DNA from: Candidatus Saccharimonadales bacterium
GTDB taxonomy: Bacteria > Patescibacteriota > Saccharimonadia > Saccharimonadales > Saccharimonadaceae
Length of the DNA: 49,703 bases
Assembly: GCA_049291395.1 (NCBI GenBank)
Contig: JBATPJ010000050.1
Location: forward strand, 1 to 49,703
Direction: 5' to 3'
Below, one piece after another: positions 36,902 to 47,144 of this stretch; within the stretch, counting starts at the first letter, position 1, and every line of letters begins with the position of its first letter. The translations under genes and the position numbers were made by a program. The notes under the pieces were generated by a model. It saw nothing but the letters and a program-made list of their open reading frames with translations. It was not told the DNA's origin and did not search any database.

Positions 36902-38008
36902 ATGCCGACATCACTCTATACCATACTGACATTTGCTCGCATCAATACCAAGCGATTTTTCCGCGACAAGGTGTCGATATTTTTCGGCGTCTTGTTCCCT
37001 CTCATCTTCTTGTTCATCTTTGGTGGTATCTTCGGCGGCGACAGTGGACCAAACTTCCATATCTCCCTGATCAACCAGTCATCATCACCATTCGCCAAGC
37101 AGTTTGTTGAGAAACTCCAAGAAAACTCTGGCTTCAAACTCGAGCTGACCGACAAGAGCCTCGATGATGCCCGTGAGAAGATGGTTCGCTCGCAGATAGA
37201 TGCTACCGTCATCCTGCCAGAAGACTTCGGTGCAGTAGACGCAAACGGCGTGCCGACAGGACAAGCCACCGTCTACTATACCCAAAACGGCGAGCAATCC
37301 GGCCGGGCACTTCAGGCAATTTTTGGCGGCATCTTCCAAGATATCAACCGCGGCATCACCAAAGCCGACGAGCCTTTCGGAGTCAAGGGTGAGCAGCTCA
37401 ACGTCAAATCACTGACGAATTTTGACTATACCTTCGCTGGCATGCTCGGGTTCGCCCTGCTCGGTATCGGTATCTTTGGTCCGGTCAATGTCTTCCCCGA
37501 GCTCAAAAAACAGGGCATCCTCCGTCGACTCAGCACTACACCTCTCAAAGTCTGGCAGTATTTCTGCGCCATTGTCATCTCACAAATAGCTGTCGGCATC
37601 ATCTCGATCATTGTGATGTTTATCGTCGCACTACTCGTCTTCGATCTCAATGTCGTCGGCAATATGTTCATTCTCATCCCCTACCTCATCTTGAGTATCA
37701 TGCTACTACTCGGCATCGGCCTCGCGATCGGCGGCTGGGCAAGCAACGAACGCCAAGCGGCACCACTCAGCAACATCGTAGTCTTTCCGATGATGTTTCT
37801 CAGTGGTACGTTTTTCCCTCGCTTCCTCATGCCGGACTGGCTACAGCAAATCTCAGCCTTCTTGCCGCTGACGCCTATCATCGACGGTCTCCGCTATATC
37901 GTCAACGAAGGTTACACCGTCGCCCAACTCGTGCCACAGCTCGGCCTCATGGCCGCTTGGATCGTCGTCATCTATCTCATCGCCTTTCGTGTCTTCCGCT
38001 GGGAATAG
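36902..38008 (+). CDS. ABC-2-type transporter permease
   Basis: 368 aa. N-terminal TM, a large extracytoplasmic loop, then 5 C-terminal TM helices. Starts 2 nt after the ATPase gene. Confidence 0.8.
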   Translation: MPTSLYTILTFARINTKRFFRDKVSIFFGVLFPLIFLFIFGGIFGGDSGPNFHISLINQSSSPFAKQFVEKLQENSGFKLELTDKSLDDAREKMVRSQIDATVILPEDFGAVDANGVPTGQATVYYTQNGEQSGRALQAIFGGIFQDINRGITKADEPFGVKGEQLNVKSLTNFDYTFAGMLGFALLGIGIFGPVNVFPELKKQGILRRLSTTPLKVWQYFCAIVISQIAVGIISIIVMFIVALLVFDLNVVGNMFILIPYLILSIMLLLGIGLAIGGWASNERQAAPLSNIVVFPMMFLSGTFFPRFLMPDWLQQISAFLPLTPIIDGLRYIVNEGYTVAQLVPQLGLMAAWIVVIYLIAFRVFRWE

Positions 38009-38011
38009 ACG

Positions 38012-38803
38012 CTAGGACTTTTCTTGTATGATCATCAGTCGCGTACGATGATGAGCCGTATCGAAGACGGTCGCGCCGAAGCTAATAAGCCGCTGTGTGT
38101 CTTCGGCAAGTGTCTGGTTCACGTCAAATAGCGAGTCGGGATCAGTCGATGACACGACCGTGACGGTGAAGACCGGCATGCCGATACAGCGGGCAAATAC
38201 CCGCTCGGTCTGCGCACCCAGCGATTTATCAGGATCGATTAGTCGAACCATTCGTTTCATAGGATTGATACGAAACTCTTTCTCGTAGAGCGTCGCAAAT
38301 GTCGCCCCCATCGTAAAATACTCCTGAGCGCGTTTCTCTGGATCGACATGAGAATTAAATCGCATCAGATCCACCCCTGCGTGTTCCAGCGCGATACGAT
38401 GACGAGTACGTATGACATCGATATCACTATCATCATCCAGTTCGAGACCGCCAATCACCATCAACCAAAACTCCAAATATTCTGACTGCTTCCAGCCAGT
38501 ATAGCCAAGCATGTATGGCTCGATAGAACTCTCTGGGACTATTTGGTTATCATCCACAAGTTGCGTTGTCAGTAGGATAGCCGACGTCGTATTGCGCTCG
38601 ATCACGTCCTCGATCTTTTTATTGTGAGGATCATAGAGATGCCCGCCACTCGTGATCACGGTGCTTAGATACGTCCGTCGCTCAAGACCGAGCGACCGCT
38701 CGATATGCAGAAAATATCGATAGGCTTCATACGGATCCCATTGCTCACGCAAGGCCTTTGCGGTCAGATCTCGGAGCAGTGGACGATACGAAAATTTCGA
38801 CAT
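38012..38803 (-). CDS. hypothetical cytoplasmic protein
   Basis: Open frame of 263 aa from ATG 38803 (the tracked TTG start at 38842 is also possible). No signal peptide, no TM and no motif I can assign. Confidence 0.45.
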   Translation of the reverse strand: MSKFSYRPLLRDLTAKALREQWDPYEAYRYFLHIERSLGLERRTYLSTVITSGGHLYDPHNKKIEDVIERNTTSAILLTTQLVDDNQIVPESSIEPYMLGYTGWKQSEYLEFWLMVIGGLELDDDSDIDVIRTRHRIALEHAGVDLMRFNSHVDPEKRAQEYFTMGATFATLYEKEFRINPMKRMVRLIDPDKSLGAQTERVFARCIGMPVFTVTVVSSTDPDSLFDVNQTLAEDTQRLISFGATVFDTAHHRTRLMIIQEKS

Positions 38804-38959
38804 ACTACTATTGTATAGCCCTGTTACGTCTACCTCAAGCAATAGCGTTTAGATTGATACTCGGGGTAGTATCCACCACCCACAAAACCAAACTCGCCAT
38901 CTTCATATCTATCATTGCGATTTGCGAGAGATTATTTTCAAAGTTTTATCTACAATGAA

Positions 38960-39604
38960 TTATGCAACCACTTTCTTAAGTGTTTTTAGTTTACTTACTA
39001 TACTATCCAGCTGGTATATCGCCTTTAGAATCTCTTTGGTTAGCTCGATTGCAACCTCAAGTTCGTCCTCGCCGATCTCATCAAATTCTTTTAACTCAAG
39101 GTGTGCGGCATCATTACCTAGTAGACGTAAGTTATCCATGGCATCAAACAGTGCGTCTGGCAACGTAACTTGATTCCTTAGGGCTTTGATTCTTGCAACC
39201 AAGTTTGAGCCATTTGCTCCTCTATCATCGCAAATCATTTCGAGTGTTTTTCGAACCATAATTGCCGACGCTATATAGCATTCATTTGCCTCACACAATA
39301 GAGCTTCTTCGAAATTTTGAGATATTGGCTCAGGAATTGAATCATTATTAAAGTCAATCATTATTCTAGGATAGGTCACCAGTCGATTATCTATTTCTTG
39401 TATGAGTAGTTGGCCCTGGCAATCCGGCCGAGGGCATTTTCTCACACCTAGTCGAAATCTAACAACGTCCTGACCCACAATGTCGTAGTCATTTTGCCCT
39501 GTTCCTACAAAGCCAACCATGTACTTACAGTGCGGACATCGGGCATCAACAATTGTTTGAGACCCGTGGCTATTGTTTATAACTCTAATTTTTTGAATAG
39601 TCAT
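38960..39604 (-). CDS. zinc-ribbon + DUF4145-like domain protein
   Basis: 214 aa. CPHC...CPRPDC zinc ribbon. The C-terminal helical region EEALLCEANECYIASAIMVRKTLEMICDD...LRLLGNDAAHLE matches my memory of the DUF4145 pattern. Clearly AT-richer than its neighbours. Confidence 0.55.
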   Translation of the reverse strand: MTIQKIRVINNSHGSQTIVDARCPHCKYMVGFVGTGQNDYDIVGQDVVRFRLGVRKCPRPDCQGQLLIQEIDNRLVTYPRIMIDFNNDSIPEPISQNFEEALLCEANECYIASAIMVRKTLEMICDDRGANGSNLVARIKALRNQVTLPDALFDAMDNLRLLGNDAAHLELKEFDEIGEDELEVAIELTKEILKAIYQLDSIVSKLKTLKKVVA

Positions 39605-39620
39605 TTATGCTCCCTGTAGT

Positions 39621-39646
39621 AAAAGTGCCGCTTGCGCGGCACTTTT
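39621..39646 (-). terminator. intrinsic terminator after dnaK
   Basis: Stem aaaagtgccgc/gcggcactttt around loop ttgc, 10 nt after the dnaK stop. Confidence 0.8.
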
Positions 39647-39655
39647 CTTTAATAT

Positions 39656-41563
<1,908 letters not shown>

Positions 41564-41612
41564 TGTTGTTCTCCCTTGCTTGTTATTTATAATGTCTAAA
41601 TATTGCTTGTGA

Positions 41613-41639
41613 TTAGCACTCCTCGCAGGTCAGTGCCAA
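41613..41639 (-). promoter_or_regulatory. degenerate CIRCE-like element upstream of dnaK
   Basis: TTAGCACTC-N9-CAGTGCCAA. The left arm is perfect; the right arm has 2 mismatches. Confidence 0.5.
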
Positions 41640-41660
41640 TTATACTTCTATTGTAAGCAA

Positions 41661-41687
41661 CTAGCACTCTCGTGTCAAGAGTGCTAG
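41661..41687 (-). promoter_or_regulatory. CIRCE operator variant between grpE and dnaK
   Basis: CTAGCACTC-N9-GAGTGCTAG, a perfect 9-bp inverted repeat. Confidence 0.8.
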
Positions 41688-41708
41688 TACAGGGGTAAGG
41701 TTGAATAA

Positions 41709-42170
41709 TTATTGTTTGGTAACTCTAACCATGCTAGGTCGGAGAACGTCAGCGCCAAATAGATAGCCGGTCTGGAGCTCTTCGGCGATGACCTCGTGCT
41801 CGCCTTCGACGTCGTCAAACTGTACCGCCTCATGATATGCCGGGTCAAATGCCGTACCAGGTGTTGCGACGATCTGTGTCAGCCCGAGTGATTCGAGAGA
41901 TTTTTCGAGATTTTTGACCAGTCCACCGACACCTTGTGCCCAGGCATTATCTTGCAGATCATCTGGCATATGAGTAATCGCTCGCTCGATAGTATCGATG
42001 ACAGGCAGTAGCTGCATGATGGCCGACATCTTGCCGGTCGCGCGAGCCATTTCTTTCTCGGTATCGACTCGTTTGCGATAGTTCTCAAAATCCGCCCTCA
42101 CCCGCTGAAGATCCTGGGTCAGCTCGCCGATTTGTTGTTCGTACTCATTGTCTTTCTTTGCCTTTGCCAT
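41709..42170 (-). CDS. grpE: nucleotide exchange factor GrpE
   Basis: 153 aa. Coiled-coil N-terminus with DFENYRKR and a C-terminal beta domain (GYLFGADVLRPSMVRV). Lies between hrcA and dnaK. Confidence 0.9.
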   Translation of the reverse strand: MAKAKKDNEYEQQIGELTQDLQRVRADFENYRKRVDTEKEMARATGKMSAIMQLLPVIDTIERAITHMPDDLQDNAWAQGVGGLVKNLEKSLESLGLTQIVATPGTAFDPAYHEAVQFDDVEGEHEVIAEELQTGYLFGADVLRPSMVRVTKQ

Positions 42171-42196
42171 ATTCTATATTCCAAATTCCATATTTT

Positions 42197-42907
42197 TTAT
42201 AAAACCTCCTCAAGCATTGCTCCAGTATGACGCACCAGGCGCATGACACGGGCATAATCCTGCCTGGTCGGACCAAGCACACCGATGTAGCTGCGGTCAC
42301 TGTACGGTGAGCGAAAACGGCTGATGATCAGGCTTGCCTCGGAGCTCTTGCCGACAGGATTTTCGGCACCGATGTAGACATTGAGCGGCTCGTTCGGAGC
42401 GGCTTCGCGAAGCCATGGTTCGAGATTGTCGAGGAGACGTGCGACTTGCTGGACGTTATGGCTGCTGCCGACAAATTCCGGTTGCGAGAAAAGATTAGCC
42501 ATACCGCTCATATAGAGTTGGTCGCCGATAGTCGCGAGACCGAGATTGTGTGTCAGCTCAACGAGACTATCGACAGCGCTTCGGATCGCACGATCAGAGC
42601 GATCTGCATGCGTCGCCACGCGAGCATCGAGCGCCCGTGCACCGCGATCAAGTAGCGGCGACTCATCCAGTGGCGCATCGGTGATTTGATTCACGTAAAG
42701 ACGGTAGCCCTTGTCGGTCGGCACGCGACCAGCGCTGGTATGTGGCTGGGCGATATAACCAGCAAGTTCAAGCTGCACCATGTCACTACGAATCGTGGCG
42801 CTACTGACACCAAAAAGTTTCGCTAGCGTGACACTACCGACCGGCTCGGCGATCTCAGCATATTGCTCGATGATAGCAGTAAGTAGTTTTATCTGGCGCT
42901 CTGTCAT
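42197..42907 (-). CDS. hrcA: heat-inducible transcription repressor HrcA (short form)
   Basis: Start set at ATG 42907 (MTERQIKLLTAIIEQYAEIAEPVGS...SSATIRSDMVQLELAGYI, winged-helix type). 236 aa, shorter than the roughly 340 aa I expect for this family. Confidence 0.85.
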   Translation of the reverse strand: MTERQIKLLTAIIEQYAEIAEPVGSVTLAKLFGVSSATIRSDMVQLELAGYIAQPHTSAGRVPTDKGYRLYVNQITDAPLDESPLLDRGARALDARVATHADRSDRAIRSAVDSLVELTHNLGLATIGDQLYMSGMANLFSQPEFVGSSHNVQQVARLLDNLEPWLREAAPNEPLNVYIGAENPVGKSSEASLIISRFRSPYSDRSYIGVLGPTRQDYARVMRLVRHTGAMLEEVL

Positions 42908-42926
42908 AAGATCATTATAGCCTACG

Positions 42927-42953
42927 CTGGCACTCAGCGTCAATGAGTGCTAG
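42927..42953 (-). promoter_or_regulatory. CIRCE-like operator upstream of hrcA
   Basis: CTGGCACTC-N9-GAGTGCTAG. It overlaps the stop codon of the upstream kinase-like gene. Confidence 0.65.
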
Positions 42954-43657
42954 GCGCTGTCTCTAAGCCGCTCAAGGATTGCTTCGGCCTGTGGTCGCCC
43001 GCCCGTGCTGGTCGTATCGCCATCGATAATCTGCGTCACTGACCTGACCGTCTCAGCGAGGTCGTCGTTCATGACGATGCGACAAAGATCAGTTGACAGT
43101 GCCCATTCTAGCTCGCGAATTGCACTCTCGCGCCGCTTTGGCCAAGCTGCTAGAAAATCAGTGTCAGTGTCATAGCGTCGTTTGAGACGCTCCATCCACA
43201 CCTCGAAGCTCGGCGGTATAAGGAAGATCGCGAGGGTTGAGGGAGAATGTTTCTTGTAGTACTGGACGCCCTGGTAGTCGACATCACCGATAGCAGTTTT
43301 GCCAGCATCATGGATGCGCTGGATCTCTTGCACTGTTGCGCCATTTATCTGACCATGCACCAGGGCGACTTCGAAGTACTCTTCGTTGGCGATTTTTCGC
43401 AGCGCTTGATCACGGGTGAAAAAATAATATTCCCGGCCATCTTGCTCCATGACACCATCATTTTCGCGTGGCGTCCTGGTCGTACTAGTGATGATTCGGG
43501 CGAACCGATCGGTCTTTGACAGTTCATCCTGCACTCGGTCTTTGCCGGCACCGGTGATACCACAAAATAGTACGATATGCGCCCGCTCCAATAGTTCGAC
43601 CGCGTCAGCTGACGGAGCGTAATTTTGTATGAGTGATTGTTCGTCTCGTGATTCCAT
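42950..43657 (-). CDS. guanylate kinase-family protein (divergent P-loop)
   Basis: 235 aa. Motifs GITGAGKD, TSTTRTPRENDGVMEQDGREYYF, DVDYQGV, IFLIPPS and VMNDDL. The P-loop has Asp where Ser/Thr is usual. Confidence 0.65.
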   Translation of the reverse strand: MESRDEQSLIQNYAPSADAVELLERAHIVLFCGITGAGKDRVQDELSKTDRFARIITSTTRTPRENDGVMEQDGREYYFFTRDQALRKIANEEYFEVALVHGQINGATVQEIQRIHDAGKTAIGDVDYQGVQYYKKHSPSTLAIFLIPPSFEVWMERLKRRYDTDTDFLAAWPKRRESAIRELEWALSTDLCRIVMNDDLAETVRSVTQIIDGDTTSTGGRPQAEAILERLRDSA

Positions 43658-43692
43658 TTACCTATGATAGCGTGTTCATGCACAGATAACCA

Positions 43693-44607
43693 CTAAATCG
43701 GTACGCCCCAGCCGCGAAATGGCAGCAATGCATTGCTCACAAGCACCTCAGCATAGACAAGCTCAGCCCGAACGAGTGGCGAACCTCCAGCAAGTACCTC
43801 AGCATAGACGGTTTCAGTCTGCACGAGCGGCGAGCCCGCGGCAAGTACTTCCGCGTAGACACTCTCTGTTTGCATAACTGGATTATTGTACATAACCTCG
43901 AGATAATTAGCTTCGATCCGTGCGTTCTGGTTAATGGATCCACCCGCATCGAAATGCGCCGTAACACGGGCCGCGCTGAGACAGGTAGAATAGTACGCGA
44001 CCTCATCGGTCGTCCCGTTATACGCGAAAAAACCTGCCATCTTGCCGATATAAAAAGGTAAGGTTGCCGAACTCGCAATCGTAAAACTTGCCGCAGTAGA
44101 TGCTGCAACTTGCCCATCAACATACAGTGTGGCCGTCGAGCCATCCCAAGTTCCGACGACATGGTGTCTCAAACCATCTGAGTATGCTGATGTCGTCTGG
44201 AGGGTAAACGCTGGTTGCCATACACTCGTGAAGACCTGAAATATGAGCTGTCCGCTATTGAGATATATACGAGCCGTGTTGGTATTGGCGCTGCCAAAAG
44301 CGCCAGCGTTAGTTCGTCCAACAAGGCCAAGCGTGCCCGATGTCGTTGTGCTGAACCAGCACTCTATTGATAACGCGCTCCCGACGTTCATCCATGATGC
44401 GGCCGCGATACTACCAATGCCAGCGGTCGTCGAGACAGCCGTATCGCTATCACCACCGAGAAGGCCTGACGCTCCGAGCGTATAGGACCCGGCATACGTG
44501 CCATCCCTGCTGTTGCCCGATGAGTCAACGATAGTCGAACCACTCGACTCACCAAGCCTCCAGTAAGCGAGTGGCGAGTCAGCTAAAACCTCTGTGCTAT
44601 ATGACAT
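43693..44607 (-). CDS. LamG/concanavalin-A-like jelly-roll protein with three C-terminal 17-aa repeats; no signal peptide
   Basis: LamG-type pattern: SPLAYWRLGESSGSTIVDSSGNSRDGTY, SIECWF, HHVVGTWDGSTATLYVDG, TDEVAYYSTCLSAARV. The C-terminus carries three copies of xxE(S/T/L)VYAEVLxxxxxLV. The start abuts the upstream stop (TAGATG). Confidence 0.7.
   Translation of the reverse strand: MSYSTEVLADSPLAYWRLGESSGSTIVDSSGNSRDGTYAGSYTLGASGLLGGDSDTAVSTTAGIGSIAAASWMNVGSALSIECWFSTTTSGTLGLVGRTNAGAFGSANTNTARIYLNSGQLIFQVFTSVWQPAFTLQTTSAYSDGLRHHVVGTWDGSTATLYVDGQVAASTAASFTIASSATLPFYIGKMAGFFAYNGTTDEVAYYSTCLSAARVTAHFDAGGSINQNARIEANYLEVMYNNPVMQTESVYAEVLAAGSPLVQTETVYAEVLAGGSPLVRAELVYAEVLVSNALLPFRGWGVPI
43720..43872 (-). 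repeat. three tandem 51-nt (17-aa) imperfect repeats at the 3' end of the LamG-like gene
   Basis: The three units are QTESVYAEVLAAGSPLV, QTETVYAEVLAGGSPLV and RAELVYAEVLVSNALLP. Confidence 0.85.
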
Positions 44608-45606
44608 CTATGCTACCTCGAAACCAGCTTCTAACGCGTTCACACCCGATTGCGTCCATGCTGCCGATGTATTTGGATCTACGATATGGATATTACGTAT
44701 GATCGAATCAGCCGTCGTGAGCGCTGTCGTTGTCCCGTAGTATACGGTTGCCCCTGATTTGACTGCTGGCTTCAACGAGATCGATGAAACATCAGTTTTC
44801 TTGGCAATGATACTATTCTGGACACCGAATATTGTCGTTGTACTACCAACATCCGAGAACGTATAGGTATCTCGATGTCCGGACGTCGTATCCTGCACGT
44901 AGTCGGTCGTCGAATACGGCAACTCGTCAACCGTCGTATAGTTCGCACCACTCGAGGGTGTAAACTGCGTTGATGAACCAGCACCATTCGGTGACAAGGT
45001 ACTTATCCGAACCTCACCAAGAAACGTGTTGTATGGCGCTGAACCAGTTGAATCACAGAGGTACAAATCGTCAAAATAGCAAACTTGGTTATATGCTCCA
45101 TAGTCACCGATCGCAACTGCATCGATCGTCGTATTTGTACCGCCGTTTTTCGTGTCACCGGTGAAATTGATGACCGTTACGCCGTTCACTCGTACGATAC
45201 ATTGTCCTACGGTATCGTCGATACTGGCGCTTACTTCAAAATAATTACCCCACGCGGTACGCTGCGTCACTGTAGCTGAAGCCAGTGTCGTGCCACCACG
45301 CGCGACAGTGAGTGTCGTTGTATTCGTGAATTGCACCGTAAGATGACTCGTCGCAGAGTTGTCACCAAGAATCGTCAGAAATGCTTGATTTGGTGTCGGT
45401 GAAGCATCCTGAAACATCGCAAATCCGACGAAGACTTGCGAAACGGGTGCGAATACTTTTTTAAGATATCCCCCAGCGGCATACATATAGACGGATCTTC
45501 CTACGCTAAAATTCGTACTCGTCGACGAGCCATACGTGCCCGTACCTGGCGACCATTTTATCAAGTAATCGGCCGCGTCAAAGCCGTCCATAAAAAGCAG
45601 TGCCAT
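44608..45606 (-). CDS. beta-rich hypothetical protein, paralogue A (MALLFMDGFDA family); no signal peptide
   Basis: 332 aa, exactly the same length as the upstream paralogue. By eye it appears more than half identical to it. Confidence 0.7.
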   Translation of the reverse strand: MALLFMDGFDAADYLIKWSPGTGTYGSSTSTNFSVGRSVYMYAAGGYLKKVFAPVSQVFVGFAMFQDASPTPNQAFLTILGDNSATSHLTVQFTNTTTLTVARGGTTLASATVTQRTAWGNYFEVSASIDDTVGQCIVRVNGVTVINFTGDTKNGGTNTTIDAVAIGDYGAYNQVCYFDDLYLCDSTGSAPYNTFLGEVRISTLSPNGAGSSTQFTPSSGANYTTVDELPYSTTDYVQDTTSGHRDTYTFSDVGSTTTIFGVQNSIIAKKTDVSSISLKPAVKSGATVYYGTTTALTTADSIIRNIHIVDPNTSAAWTQSGVNALEAGFEVA

Positions 45607-46604
45607 TACACTGCTCCGATACCTATCTCGATCGCATTGACACCACTAGATGTCCAGGCAGTTGACGTATTTGGATCGACTTGACGTGTATCCGTGATCG
45701 TCGTATCACTCGTTCCGGTCGCAGTTGTCGTGCCATAGTAGGTCGTTGAGCCAGATTTGATCGCTGTTTTGCCAGATATATTTCCGGCATCGGTCTTTTT
45801 CACCATAGCATTGGTCTGGACACCATAGATCGTACCCGCTCCACCGGGTAGATCACTCGTCGCATAAAGATCCGTCTGGCCTGACGTCCCCGAAACATAA
45901 TCAGCCGTCGAGTATGGTAACTCGTCAACCGTCGTATAGTTCGCACCACTCGAGGGGGTCATCTGTGTCAATGAGCCGGCTGCATTTGGTACAAGTGTGT
46001 GGACTCGCACATCACCGAGAAACGTGTTGTGTGGCGCTGAACCAGTTGAATCACAGAGGTACAAATCATCGATAAATAAAGCTGGGGTGAAACCGGTAAA
46101 CTTGCCGAGTGATATCGCATCAATATTTGTGCTCGTGCCAGCATTTCTAGTATCACCGGTAAAGTTAATCACTGTCGTGCCATTAACCTTCACGACACAG
46201 GTACCCCCAGAGTCAGCAATGGTCGCCGATACTTCAATATATGCACCCCAAGCCAGAGGAGCACCGACTGAGGCAGAGGTGATAACCGTACTTGTACCAC
46301 GCAGTATATCCAATGTCGTTGAGCTGCTGAACTGCAATGACAAATGTGTTGTTGTGCCCGTATCGCTCCTAATGTCAAGGAATCGAGCCGAACCAGATGG
46401 AGTAGTGCCGAATTTTAACGCTAGTCCAATGAACAGCTGACTCGAAGCTGGAATTGTTCTTGTAACATTGTCTCCACTAGTCGCCATATACCACGATCTT
46501 CCAGTGGAAAACCGCGTATCGGTATTTGATGATCCACCACTCGAACTGGTCCATTTCGGTCCAGCATCACCCGCATCAAACCCATCCATAAACAAAAGCG
46601 CCAT
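45606..46604 (-). CDS. beta-rich hypothetical protein, paralogue B (MALLFMDGFDA family); no signal peptide
   Basis: 332 aa. Its stop overlaps the paralogue A start by 1 nt (TAATG). Confidence 0.7.
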   Translation of the reverse strand: MALLFMDGFDAGDAGPKWTSSSGGSSNTDTRFSTGRSWYMATSGDNVTRTIPASSQLFIGLALKFGTTPSGSARFLDIRSDTGTTTHLSLQFSSSTTLDILRGTSTVITSASVGAPLAWGAYIEVSATIADSGGTCVVKVNGTTVINFTGDTRNAGTSTNIDAISLGKFTGFTPALFIDDLYLCDSTGSAPHNTFLGDVRVHTLVPNAAGSLTQMTPSSGANYTTVDELPYSTADYVSGTSGQTDLYATSDLPGGAGTIYGVQTNAMVKKTDAGNISGKTAIKSGSTTYYGTTTATGTSDTTITDTRQVDPNTSTAWTSSGVNAIEIGIGAV

Positions 46605-46608
46605 AGTA

Positions 46609-47058
46609 TTATTTTACCCCAATCTGTACAGTTAAGTCACTTCCGGCAACGGTGCTACCAACTTGATCGATGTCGACAGTCATATAGCTACCGTTTGCGA
46701 CGGTGGTAGTGTTCATATTTGATACCAGGCCTGATGTGTTTGTGCTGACAGCAATCGTCGGGCGGTTGGCCTGCGTGCTAAAAATCGTCGTGCCATCGAC
46801 GTTGATATCGATGATAGCGCTGGAGCCAGTCGGTGCCGTGCCGACGCTAGCGCGGACATTTTGGATCGTCCAGGTATTGCCGCTGTCGTTGTAGAGCCGA
46901 AATGTCCCGGTCGTTACGGACAGACTACCTCCATACGAGTACGGAAGGATGGTGCTGATTTTCTGCGTCCCATCAGAATTGTGCGCGACAGATAAATAGT
47001 CGTTGAGGACGGTACCCCAAGAGTTATCATCTGATCCGACAACGGGTAGTCGAGACAC
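46609..47058 (-). CDS. small beta-rich protein with tail-fibre-like N-terminal motif; no signal peptide
   Basis: GTG start with AAGGAG 11 nt upstream. The N-terminus is MSRLPVVGSDDNSWGTVLNDYLSVAHNSDGTQK. 149 aa. Confidence 0.65.
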   Translation of the reverse strand: MSRLPVVGSDDNSWGTVLNDYLSVAHNSDGTQKISTILPYSYGGSLSVTTGTFRLYNDSGNTWTIQNVRASVGTAPTGSSAIIDINVDGTTIFSTQANRPTIAVSTNTSGLVSNMNTTTVANGSYMTVDIDQVGSTVAGSDLTVQIGVK

Positions 47059-47144
47059 GCGGCGGGACGCTCCTTAGAAAAACTTACAATTATCACCTAT
47101 AAGTTTATCATAACCACGATACTACCATCACCCCATATAGGTTA

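Noticed and set aside
42908-42943. Longer hrcA start at 42943
   Set aside because: It would place the CIRCE-like operator region almost inside the coding sequence. ATG 42907 gives the canonical HrcA N-terminus MTERQIKLL.
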